Virus record (IMG/VR): IMGVR_UViG_3300048576_000607
Coordinates: 1 to 29,230 of that record
Source: a virus
Lineage: Duplodnaviria > Caudoviricetes
Length of the DNA: 29,230 bases
Reading direction: 5' to 3' (one strand)
Shown here: positions 8,833 to 20,400 of the stretch, piece after piece
Layout of the letters: each line of letters opens with the position of its first letter
Numbering within the stretch: the first letter of the stretch is position 1
Notes under the pieces: model-generated
The model's input: the letters and a program-made list of their open reading frames with translations, nothing else
Databases searched by the model: none
Told to the model about the DNA's origin: nothing
Made by a program: the position numbers and the translations under genes

Positions 8833-10746
8833 ATGGGAACGGCCGCCACGACCATCACGCAGATTCAGACCGCTTCCCGGGACTACGGCACCCAAATCAC
8901 GTCGGAGCTGTATAGCGTCTTGGGACAGCTCGCCTCGGGCGCTGTGATCGACGCGCCCAACGTCTCGTTTCCTTCGGAACCGGGCGGCCCGTCCTTGACC
9001 GGCATGCCTTCCGCGCCGGCTGTGCCGGGCCTGGAGTTTCGAGCGCCCTCGGCACCGGTCGCGCCGACGCTGGCGGCTACCGATGTCGCCGATGTGGAAG
9101 TGCCGCAGTTCGCCATTGCCGCGCCGTCGCTGGTTTTCCCGACCTTTGACGACATCGTGTTTCCGGCCGCACCTGGCGATGCGCCGCTGATCGAGGATGT
9201 GGCCATGCCGGCCGATCCGGACGTGGTGCTGCCCGATGTGCCGACGCTTTCCGACGTGGACATTCCGGCCATGCCGGATCTCATTGTGCCGCAATTCGAG
9301 GGCGTGCGGCCCGTGCTGCCGGCCATGGACACTCCGGGCCAGGTTTTCTTTTACCAGGAAGGGGAATTTTCGAGCCCCTTGTGGGAGGCCCTGCGCGACC
9401 AGCTGGCAGACGATCTGCGAAACGGTGGAGATGTCGGGACCATCGCGGGCATGGCCAACCTCAATGCCCAGGCCGTCGCGGCCATCGTCGAAGACCGTGA
9501 GCGCAAGAAGGAAGAGGTGCGCGACACGTTCGCGGCCATGGGGCATGCCAAGCTGCATGGCCCGGCCCTGGCGGCGATACAGCGCATCGAACGCGATGCG
9601 GACCGGGATATCCAGAATCTCCAATGGCAGCTCACGAGCAGGCGGGCCGAACTGACGGTCCAGAACCGCCAGTTCACGGTCCAGCAAGCGCTGGCCGCCG
9701 TGACCGGCGTCTGCCTGGAGGTCTGGAACCAGAGCAACGGCCGCGCCCTGGAAGCGGCCAAGGCGACCGTGGCGGCGGCCTACCAAGATGTGGATGCCCG
9801 GGTCAGCCTGTTTAACTGCACGGTTTCCGCCTACCAGGTCGAGGCCGCCGTGATGGAGGCCCGCATCCGCGCGGCCCTGGCCGGGCTCGAAAAGGCCAAG
9901 CTGGAACTGGAGGCCGCCAAGGTGCGGGGCGAACTGAACCAGCAGCGCGTCCAGACCTATGTGGCCCAGATCCAGGCCGTGGCCCAAATCGTCGAGGTGT
10001 TCAAGGCCCGCTTGCAGGGCGCGGCCACAAAAGCCGAAGTCCAAAAAGCCAAGCTTCAGGCCTACGAATCGAGCGTCCAGGCCTACGCTTCCAGGGTCAA
10101 TGCGACCACCGCGCAGTACAACGCCAAGGTTTCCCAGATTACGGGAGAAAAGGCCAAAGCCGAGGTCTACGAAAGCCAGGTGCGCGGCTACCAGGCCCGG
10201 GTGGACGCGGCCAAGACCCAGGCCGAGATCGGCAGCGTGCGGGCGGGCATCGTGGCCGAGGCCAACAAATCCGCCGTCGCCCTCTACCAGGCCGACACCG
10301 ATGCCTACCGGGCCAACTGGCAGGGCATTCTCGGACAGATCGACGCGGCCGTGAAGAATACCGCCAATCTCGTCCAGGTCTACGACGCCCAGGTACGCGG
10401 TACGACCAGCGACAACGATATAAAATTGCGCCGTTTCCTGGCCGACTTGCAGGCCTGGACGTCCCGGTTGCAGGCCAGTGTCCAGGCGGCCGATTTGTCC
10501 TTGCGCTGGGGGGAAAGCAAGGCCCGCCTCAATGAGGCGGCGCAGCAGGCCACGGCGCAGGTGCTCGGCCAACTCGCCGCTTCGGCCATGGGCCAGATCC
10601 ACGGCAGCGCTGCGCTGTCCGATTCCTCGTCGGATTCCACCAGCGTCAGCGAACAGCATTCCGTCTCCGAGAGCACGAGCAAAAGCGAAAGCAAATCGAG
10701 CGGATACAGCGAGAATTACAACTACAATCAGTCGTTGAGCGCATAG
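8833..10746 (+). CDS. Putative internal virion/ejection protein with Pro-rich N-terminus and long coiled coil (637 aa)
   Basis: AGGAGG RBS. Pro/Asp-rich first third, then Y-x-A-x-V heptad-like Ala/Gln-rich helix and a Ser-rich C-terminus. Located upstream of the giant protein. Confidence 0.65.
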   Translation: MGTAATTITQIQTASRDYGTQITSELYSVLGQLASGAVIDAPNVSFPSEPGGPSLTGMPSAPAVPGLEFRAPSAPVAPTLAATDVADVEVPQFAIAAPSLVFPTFDDIVFPAAPGDAPLIEDVAMPADPDVVLPDVPTLSDVDIPAMPDLIVPQFEGVRPVLPAMDTPGQVFFYQEGEFSSPLWEALRDQLADDLRNGGDVGTIAGMANLNAQAVAAIVEDRERKKEEVRDTFAAMGHAKLHGPALAAIQRIERDADRDIQNLQWQLTSRRAELTVQNRQFTVQQALAAVTGVCLEVWNQSNGRALEAAKATVAAAYQDVDARVSLFNCTVSAYQVEAAVMEARIRAALAGLEKAKLELEAAKVRGELNQQRVQTYVAQIQAVAQIVEVFKARLQGAATKAEVQKAKLQAYESSVQAYASRVNATTAQYNAKVSQITGEKAKAEVYESQVRGYQARVDAAKTQAEIGSVRAGIVAEANKSAVALYQADTDAYRANWQGILGQIDAAVKNTANLVQVYDAQVRGTTSDNDIKLRRFLADLQAWTSRLQASVQAADLSLRWGESKARLNEAAQQATAQVLGQLAASAMGQIHGSAALSDSSSDSTSVSEQHSVSESTSKSESKSSGYSENYNYNQSLSA

Positions 10747-10755
10747 GGAGGGGGT

Positions 10756-11484
10756 ATGGCCTGGGATCAATCGCAGTTCGACGCGGCTTTGAAGCGTAAA
10801 TACGAGATTCAGGGACAGCAAGCCAATGCGGACACTACCAGGGCCAATGCTGCTGCGCAGGACGTCGCCCAGCGGCCGGCCCTGCAGGCGGCGGCGGACG
10901 CGGCGGCCGAGGAACGGGCGCGCCTGGCGTCCCAAACGCAGCTGGCGGCCGAGCAGACCCGTGGCGGCTTTGGCCTCCAGGAGCGGACCCTGGCCAACCA
11001 AGGCGCGGCCAATGTGGCCAATATCCAGGGCGGGTACGGCCTGCGGGAAGCCGAAACCCGTGGGCAATACGGGGTCCAGGAGGCGCAGGTGCGCGGCCAG
11101 TACGGCCTGGAGGCCGCGAAGCAGCCCGAGTATGGCACGGTGGAAAACCCCTTGTTCGGACAGCCAGGCCAAAAACCCTACTTTTTGTCTCCGCGTAACC
11201 AATCGGCGGTGGAGGCATTGAAGCCAGCCGTGCCAGGCGGGGTGGGGCCGGCGGGGGGTGGCGGGGCGAATAACGCTCCGGGGTCCAGCGGTTCTGTGGT
11301 GAACGCGGTGGGCGGCGGCTACGGACTGAATGAACGCCCGGGGACCAGCGCGGGGTCGGGAACTGGTGCGGTCAATGCCTTTCAGCCGGGACCGGTAAAT
11401 GTGGGAAAGGCCGAGATGGCCGATTACACGTTCAATGGGGACACGCAACGCAGGCAGCCGCGTGGCGTGTCCGGTTCCTGGTAG
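10756..11484 (+). CDS. Putative ejection/pilot-like protein, Ala/Gln/Gly-rich (242 aa)
   Basis: GGGAGGGGG RBS; 11-aa G(G/Q)YG repeats; low-complexity Gly-rich C-terminus. Confidence 0.6.
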   Translation: MAWDQSQFDAALKRKYEIQGQQANADTTRANAAAQDVAQRPALQAAADAAAEERARLASQTQLAAEQTRGGFGLQERTLANQGAANVANIQGGYGLREAETRGQYGVQEAQVRGQYGLEAAKQPEYGTVENPLFGQPGQKPYFLSPRNQSAVEALKPAVPGGVGPAGGGGANNAPGSSGSVVNAVGGGYGLNERPGTSAGSGTGAVNAFQPGPVNVGKAEMADYTFNGDTQRRQPRGVSGSW

Positions 11485-11496
11485 CGCGGAGGGCAC

Positions 11497-14400
11497 ATGG
11501 CCATCGACCTTGCCAAGTACCGGGACGAGAATTCGGACTATTACGGGGGTTCCACGCTGGCCGACGTGGCGGCCGACCTGCACGAACGGAGCGGCGCGGC
11601 CGCCACCGGGGAGACGCTGGATCAGTTCAATAAGCGGTACGGCTTCGATGGCCAGATTGTCGAGGAGTCCAAACCCCAGGGAGGGGGCGGGTTCGGCTTA
11701 CAGGAGAGCAGGCCCACGGTGGGCGACTATGCCCGGTCGGTCGGCGTCGGCCTGGATCAGTTCGGCCAGGTGCTCGGGCGGGGCATGCAGTGGGCCGGCC
11801 TCGAACGGGCCGGCAAGGCCGTGGAGGACATTTACAAGGAGCGCGAGGCGGCCACGCGCGGCGAACAATCCGAGGCCTACAAGGCCGAGCTGGCCAAACC
11901 CTTCACGGAGAAGCGGACGGACGGCAGCGGCCTGTTCGGCTACGGCCTGGGCCCTGGTGCGACGTCGCCCGCCAAGATCGTCGGCTCCATCATCGAAAGC
12001 GCCCCGGCCATGGCCGCCGCCGGCGGTCCATCCGTGGCCATGACCAAGGGCCTGGTCGGGCTGGGCCTGAATGCCGGCGTGGCCGGCATCGTGGGTTCGG
12101 GATTCGGCGAGGGCGCGATAGGCGGCCTGTACGCGGCCAAGGAAGGCGAGGACCAGATACTGGAAGCGCCTGACGACGTGCTGCGCCAGCATCCCGATTA
12201 CCAGCAAGCCCTGGCCGAACTGCCGGCCGACATGCCCGAAGGGGCGCGCCACGCGGCGGCCAAGGCGTCGGTGGCCCGGAGCGAGGCTCTGCGTAGCGGC
12301 CTGCTTGTCGGCGGCACGACGGCCCTGCTCGGCGCGCCTTCCGGCCATTTCCTGGGCAAGTCCGTGGGCGGGGAGACCGGCAAGACGCTGCTGCGCACCA
12401 TCGGCAAGCAGGGCGCGTTGGAGGCCGTCCAGGAGGCCAGCCAGAACGCGGTGGAGAAGGTCATCCACAACCTGGCCGCCCAAAAGTACATCAACCCCGA
12501 CCAGGATCTGTTCGAGGGAGTTGTCGAAGAGGCCGCCAGCGGCGCGATCACAGGCGGCGCGATGGGCCTTGGCATGGGCGGCAGCGCCCATAACGCCGAA
12601 GCCCTCAAGTTTCGCAGAGAATTTCAGACGGAAACGGGCAAGGCCCTGAAAAGCGGGGCCGTGGGTCAGCTCGCGGACGCGGATCTGGACCGGGCCTATC
12701 AGGTGGCGGATGGACTGTACCGCGAGGAGCCGGAGGATGGCCTGCGGGAGGTCCTGCTTGGCCTCAACGCCGAACAGCGCCGCCGCCAAAACGAGGCGCG
12801 CGGTTTCCCTCTCAATGAGGTGCTGGCCGATGAAGAAGCGGCCCGGGCCGCAGCGGAGCAAACGGCCGAGGCGGATGCCGCGCCCGAGCCGGCGAGGCCG
12901 CCGGCCGGCCCGGACCGGGCGGCCGAACTGGCGAAGTTGTCGAAACGCCAACTCAACGACCTGGCCAGCGGGCTCGGTATCGGTACGCCCGGCCGGATCA
13001 AGCGCGACGCCCTGGTGGCGTCCGTGCTCCAGGCCGAGGAAGCGGCCCGGAAATGGAACGAACCGGATGCCGTGGAAGCCCGCTACCTGGAGGCCCACGC
13101 CGCGCCGTTCCCGGCCAGCCAGGATGATTTTCTCGGCCAGGCCGCGCCCACGCCGGTTGGCGCGGCCGAGGCCGTAGCGGAAACGGCCGTCCAAGAACCC
13201 CTTCTGCAGGATGGGTTTTCCGAGGGGGCCGCCCCTCCGGATAGGGCGGCCGAACTGACCGATCTGTCCCATTCCGAGCTGCGCCGCATGGCCGCCTCGC
13301 TCGGCATCGAAAAGCCGGGGCGCATGCGCCGCGACGCCCTGGTGCCGGCCATCGTGGCGGCCGAGGAGCGGGCCCGTCAATTTTATGAGCCCGAGAATAT
13401 CGAGGCCCGGTACCAGGAAGAGCACGCCGCGCCATTCCCCGGCCAGCTGGACGGCTTTTTGGACGGGGCCGCGCCCACGGGCCGCCGGGCGCGCTCGCGC
13501 AAGGTCGGTCCGGCCGCCACGGAGACGGTTCAAGCGTCCCAGGCCGCGCCCGGAGCGGCGACGCCCGAACAGGCTTCCACGGCGTCCCCCACGGGCGAGA
13601 TCCCGCTGGTCGAAGCCGGTGCGGAACCGGCCGCGCCCGAGGCGCAGGCCCCTTCCTCTGTCCCCCCGTCCCGGCCGGCCCTGGTGGAGCAGACGCCGGA
13701 AGGCGCGCTGCCGACCGGCGAGGTGCCGCTGGTGGAGGCCGGGCAAGAGATCGAAGCAGGAAACGGACAGCCGGAAAGCGCCCCCAACGTCGAAGCGCCT
13801 GGAAATGAAGCGGCCCATTCCCTCAACGAAACGCCCCCGGCGCGGCCGGCCGAGGACTTGGCGGCCAAATCCAAGCGGGAGCTGAACGCGCTGGCCGTCG
13901 CCCTCGGCGTGGAGCGTCCCGGCGGCATCCGGCGCGAAGATCTGGTAGGCCGCATCGAACAGGCCCGGCAGGAGCCGGCGGCCCAGGGGCAACCGGAAGC
14001 CCCGATCGGACAGACGCCGGCAGCGGCGCGGCCGCAGACGGAACAGGCGCGGCCGTGGATGCGGGAGGCCGGCGAAAAAGCCACGGTGGGGGCGTTGCTG
14101 CGCGCCGATGACCACATGGTGGCGCGCAAGTCTGTCGAAGGCCAGGTGGTCCATTTCGAGATCCCGGGGCTTGAGGATGTGGGTTTCGTGGCCCACCCCG
14201 ACCTGAACGGCGGCCAGGGCTGGACCGTCACGGAAACACAGTCCGGAACCGCCGCCGTGATGGGAGCCGCGACCAAACAGGAGGCCCTGAAGGCGGTCCA
14301 TGACCGCCTGGCCGGATTCGATGTCCAGACGTTTCGCGCCAACCGGGACGATTTGGTTGCCCGTTTAGGAAGCGCCGAGCAGACGACGCCTGCACAGCCG

Positions 14401-17400
14401 GCCACCAAACCCCAGGAACAGACGATGCAGCCGGCCCCGGGAGCGTCCGCGCCCAGCCAGGAAGGCCCGCGCTACGCCATGTCGCTTCGGGAGACGACGC
14501 ACGCCAAGCGGGGCCATCCCCTCTATGTCGTGACCCTGGACGAACGGACGTCGAGCGAGGCCTACCAGGGTCTCAAAAAAGAATTTACCAAGCTTGGCGG
14601 CTACTGGTCGCGCTACAAGGGCCGGGGTGCGATTGTAGGCATCCAGTTCACGGACAAGGCCAAGGCCGAGGCGTTCCTGGATCGGTTCGGCAAAAAGAGG
14701 GCGGTCCAAGAGGCCGCCACGGAACGTGCTCTCGCGCCGGCCGAGGAGCCCCGCCCGTCGTCCTCCCCGGAACAGCCCACCGCGAAGCCCCTTGGCGTCA
14801 ACAGCGAAGGCAACCAGGTCTTCGAGGACGAACGCGGCAACCGTTCCGTGCGCGAGGGTGAGGTCCACATCAAGGCCCCGGTTCCGGTCCGGCCGACCCG
14901 GGCCGGGGTGGTGGCCGAGGCGCATGGACCGGAGCAGCTTTACCGGGACGGGCACAGGGAGTTTCTGACCAAGGAGGAACTGGCCGCGTTCGAGCGCCCG
15001 GAGTCCTCGACACCGGCCGGCGAAGGCCTTAATTCTACCAAGGAAGACCAAGGAGCGCGCGATGACGATGCCCGTGCACACCCTGACCGATCCCGACCGG
15101 ATGTGGGACTGGAAGGCCCATCTGACGTGGCTCCTGGAGAACAAGCCCCAGGAGACGTGGGAGGACTTCCAGACGAATCCGGACGGCCTGAAAGAGGCGA
15201 TCGACCGGAAGACGTTGCAGTCGTCAAACGTCCTGGCGCGTCTCAAAGCCCGGAATCTCCCGGAGGACGCGATTCGGGAGGCGATGCTGGCGGTGGTCGC
15301 GCCGTCGGACGGCCCGGCCTTGAACGCGGAGAATCCGCCCGAACCCCTGCCCCGGCAAAAGGAAAGCCGGATCTGGGCGTGGTGGGAGAACCTGCCGCCC
15401 CGAAAGATCACGGTCCTTCCGGACGGAACCTATCGCGAGACCATAACCACCGCATAGCCCCGGACGACGTGCTGGTGCCCGGCGGCAACGCCACCCGGGC
15501 CAAAGCCAATCTCTCCGCTGTCCGGCTCCTCAAAGAGCTGGAGGCGCAAAAGCGTCTCCCCACGCCCCAGGAACGCAAGGTCCTGGCCCAATTTTCGGGC
15601 TGGGGCTCTCTCGCCGAAGAGGTCTTCAAAGCCGATTTCGAGAATCTCGCCAACCGCTACGGCGGCGAGGTGCCCGCCTCCGAGCGAAACCGCTATCACC
15701 AGCCGTTCCTGGAGAAGTACGACGCCTGGCGGCGCAGGTACGGCGAACTCCATCCCAACATCGGCGGCCTCTTCTCCAAAGAGGAATGGGACGCGGCCAA
15801 GCGTTCGACGCTCAACGCCCACTACACCGACCGGGACGTCGTCACGGCCATGTGGGACATGGTCCAGCAGTTGGGCTTTACCGGCGGCCAGGTGGTGGAG
15901 CCGGCCGCCGGCATCGGCCACTTCTTCGGCCTGATGCCCGAGAACCTGGCCGCCGCCTCCCATCTCAAGGGTGTGGAGCTGGATTCCGTCACCGGCCGGT
16001 TGCTGGACAAGCTCTACCCCGCCGCCGACATCCAGGTCACCGGGTTCCAGGATGCCAAGCGCATGGGGAACAACACGGCCGATCTGGTCATCTCCAACGT
16101 CCCGTTCGGCGACTTCCCGGTCTACGACAAGGCCCACAAGGACTATTCGGGCTGGAGTATCCACAACTACTTTCTGGCCAGGGCCCTGGACGTGGTGCGG
16201 CCCGGCGGCCTGGTCGCGGCCATCACCTCGCACTACACCATGGACACCACCCGGTGGGGCAAGGTCCGGGAGTATCTGGCCGGCAAGGCCGACCTGGTTG
16301 GCGCGGTCCGCCTGCCGGGCACGGCCTTTTCCAAGAACGCCGGCACCGACGTCACGACCGACATCCTTGTCCTGCGCAAGAAGGACGGACGGCCTTTCGA
16401 GGGCCAGCCCTGGCGGCAGGTTGAGAAGGTGGAAACGCCCGAAGGCCAGGCCGGGGTCAACGAATACTTTGTGGCTCACCCGGAAATGGTGCTCGGCAGA
16501 CATTCCCTGACCGGCTCCATGCACGGCGGCCTCGAATACACCGTCCTGCCGGACAAGACCCGCCCGATCATCGAGCAGGTGCGGGAGGCCGTGGCGCAGC
16601 TGCCCGTGGACATCATGGGCGAAGGGGCGGCCAACCAGCCGAAGCCCTTGCCCCAGGCCCTTGGCGAACGGGCCGACGAAGACATGCGGGAAGGGACCCT
16701 TGTCGTCCGGGACGGTAATGTCTTCGCCGTAGAGGACGGACGACTCGCGCGGCCGGAATGGCAGGACGGCAAGCTGGCCGAATCCCGGTCGGCCATCGCC
16801 CGCCAGTATGTCGGGGTCAAGGCGGCCGCCCAGGACCTGGTCCGGGCCATGCTGTCCGAGGAATCGACCGATGCGGACGTCGCCGCGAAACAAAAAGAGC
16901 TTGGCCGGCTCTATGAGGCCTTCGTCAAGAAGCACGGGCCGTTTCTCGACAACCGGAAGCTGACGTTTCTGCGTGACGACGTCGAATACCCGAACGTCCT
17001 GGCCCTGGAAAAGAAGGAAGATGCGGTTGATGGCGAACGGAAGACCATCGTTACCAAGGCCGACATCTTCACCAAGCGGACGATCCGACCCTTTGTCGAG
17101 CCCAGGACCGCCGCATCGACCGAGGATGCCGTCAAGATAAGCCTGCTCTACCGGGGCAATGTGGACGCGGCCAAAATCGGCGAGCTGCTCGGCCTGCCCG
17201 AGGCCGAAGCCAGGCGGCAGCTCGTGGAGACCGGCGCGGCCTATGAAAACCCGGAGACGGGGCTGCTCGAAACGCCGCAGGAATACCTGTCCGGCAACGT
17301 GCGCCAAAAGCTGCAAGTCGCCAGGGACAGCGCGGAAAGCAACCCGGACTACAAACGCAACCTGGACGCCCTGGAGGCGGTGCAGCCGCCCAAGAAGCCC

Positions 17401-20400
17401 GTCAGCCGCATCGACGCCCGCCTGGGCGCGACCTGGATTCCCGATAACGTGGTGTCCGCCTTCATGGAGCACATGGGCGTGCGGTGGGGCAAGGCGGTCC
17501 AGACCCGCACCAGGGCCGGCGAGGACGGCCTTTCTTCCTGGGACGTCAAGGGGTCCCTGACCCAGGAGGCCCAAAACCGCTGGACCGTGGGCGACACGGA
17601 CCTCCTCGACATCCTCAAGGATTCGCTGAACCTCAAGCTGTCCAAGGCCTACAAGTATCTTCCGGACGGCAAGGGCGGCCGGGAGCGGGTGGTCGACCAG
17701 GAAGGGACGCTGCTTGTCCAGGAAAAGCAGAAGGCCCTCCAGGAGGAGTTTCTCAAATTCGCCCGCGAGACGCCCAAGGTCGCCACGGAGTTGGAGAACC
17801 TTTACGACGAGCGGTTCGGCGGGCAGATCCCCCGCGAGTACAACATCCCGGACGTGGCCCATTATCCGGGCGCGGTCGATACCATCACCCTGCGCGACCA
17901 CCAGAAACGCGGGGTCTCGCGCGGGCTCCAGGAAAATACTCTGTTTGCCCACGGCGTCGGGGCCGGCAAGACCTACCTGGTCACGACCCTGGCCATGGAG
18001 GCCCGGCGGCTCGGCACGGCCAAAAAGCCCATGATCGTGGTCCAGGGGGCGACCCTGGAACAGTTCGCCAGCGCGTTCAAGCGGCTGTATCCGGCCGCCA
18101 ACGTCCTGGCCCCCAATGCCGAAGACCGGACCAGGGCCAACCGGCAGCGCCTGCTCTCCCAGATCGCCACGGGCGATTGGGACGCCGTGATCGTGCCCCA
18201 CTCCTTTTTCAACGGCCTGGCCATTTCCCCGGAGCGGGAAGCGGCCTTTATCGAGGAGGACCTGGACGCCCTGCGCGCGGATCTGCGCGAAGCCCAGGCC
18301 GACAAGAGCCAGGAACGGGGCAGGAAGTCGCCACGGGTCAAGCAGATCGAAAAGATGATGCTCAAGCGCGAGGCGCGGCTCAAGGCCCTGCTCGACGCCC
18401 GCAAGGATGAGAACGTCTTTTTCGAGGACACGGGCGTGGACATGCTGGTGGTGGATGAGGCCCACGCCTACAAACGCGGCGATTTCGTCACCAAGATGGA
18501 CAACGTGAAGGGCCTGGACCGGGATTCCTCCCAGCGGTCCATGCAGCTTCTTTTGAAGTCCCGGTACATCGCCGAGAAGACCGGCGGGAAAAACGTCCAC
18601 CTGGCCACGGGGACACCGGTTTCCAATACCCTGGCCGAACTGTGGACCGCCCTGCGCTACATCCGCCCGGACCTCCTGGAGCGGTTCAACGTCACGCAGT
18701 TCGACGACTTCGCCTCGACCTTTTGCGCCACCAAGACCGACATCGAGGAGACGGCCACGGGCGACTACAAGCCCGTGACCCGGTTCAACCGCTACCAGAA
18801 CCTGGGCGAGCTCATCTCCATGTGGAAGGCCGGCGCGGACATCGTGCTGGCCGAAGACCTGGACTACATCAAGGACATTCCGAAGCTTAAAGGCGGCCGG
18901 CCCCAGGAAGTGTCCCTGGAGCGCAACCCGGAACTGACCGGCTACATCCAGCACCTCAAGCAGTGGCGGATGGAGTGGGAGCACCTGTCCGGCAAGGAGA
19001 AGCGCGAGCAGTCCCATGTGCCGCTTCTCATTTACAACCTGGCCCAAAAGGCCGCCCTGGACATGCGGCTGGTCAACCCGGAACTGGAAGAGGCCCCGGG
19101 CGGCAAGCTCGACGCGGCGGCCGGGGAGATCTTCAAGCGGTATCAGGCCCACCAGGACACCCGGGCGGCCCAGGCGGTTTTCAGCGACATCTACCAGTCG
19201 TCGGACAAGTCCTTTAATATCTGGAAGGACCTCAAGGCCAAGCTCGTGGCCAAGGGCATCCCGGCCAAAGAAATCGCCATCATCTACGACTTCAACGAGA
19301 AGGCCCGGGAAAAGCTCTTTGAAGCGGTCAATGTCGGCGATGTCCGGGTGGTGATGGGGTCCACGGAAAAGCTCGGCGTGGGCGTCAACATCCAGGAACG
19401 CCTGGCCGCCCTGCACCACCTGTCCCCGCCGGTCCGGCCCATGGATTGGGAGCAGCGCAACGGCCGCATCCGCCGCCAGGGCAACATGTTCGACGAGGTG
19501 GAGGTCCTGGCCTACGGCGTGAAAAACACGCTCGACTCGGTCAGCTTCAACATCCTCCAGAACAAGCAGAAGTTCATCAACCAGCTCCTTCGCGGCGAGA
19601 TCGACGGCGACGTGATGGAGAATCCTTTCGACGACGTCCAGCTCTCCTTCGAGGACATGATGGCCGCCTTTTCCGGCAACCCGCTGGCCATGGAGCGGGT
19701 GAAGCTGGAAGGCCAGGTGCGCGACCTGGGGCGGCTGCGCCAGGCCTTCCAGGACGAAAAGGCCGGCCGCATCCGCCAGCTCGACCTTTTGCGCGAGAGC
19801 CGGATTCCGGACATCGAAAAGAGCCTGGCCGCAGCGGAAAAGGAAGTGGACCGGTTGCGGGATTCCTTCCCGGACCTCAAGGCGGAAACCTTCACGTTAA
19901 AAGACGGCACGTTCGAGAAGAAGGATTTCACCAGGAAGCTGACGGATTGGTACGACGGGATCAAGGGCCGCCTGGAAAAGGAGACGGTGGGCAAGACCGT
20001 GGCCCACTACGAAGGGGTGCGCAGCGGCGGCAAATTCGGCGGCGCGGTCACCTTCGAGACCGGCGGCCATGAGGTGGAAATCAAGGTGCGCCCCGTACCG
20101 TCCAGCCTGGTCGGCGCGGACTCCAACCGGGGCGACGGCCTGGCCAAGGTCACCGAGGCCACCCTGACCGGCTCTTTCACCGTCACGGCCAAAAGCGGGG
20201 AAACCCTTTTCGAGCGCAATTTCGGCGCGCCTTCCGGATTTGTCCGCTCCTTCAACAACGGCCTCGAGGAGCTTTCCCGGGAGCCCGAGCGCATCCAGGG
20301 CCAGCTTGACCGGGCCCGGGAGTCGGCCACGTCCCTGGAGCGGCTCGTGGAGGAGAAATTCTCCAGAGAAGCGGAATACGAGCAAGCCTCCGAGCGGTTG

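Noticed and set aside
8833-10746. Tape measure protein
   Set aside because: It is a coiled coil, but no tail tube or tail assembly chaperone genes are nearby. The Pro-rich start and gene context fit a podovirus ejection protein better.
15430-19419. 1329-aa minus-strand ORF (also 8794-11583, 11698-14301, 19897-22062, 22534-24045, 6638-8323)
   Set aside because: These are antisense shadows of high-GC3 plus-strand genes. Translations are rich in L/G/V/R/H and show no recognisable motifs.
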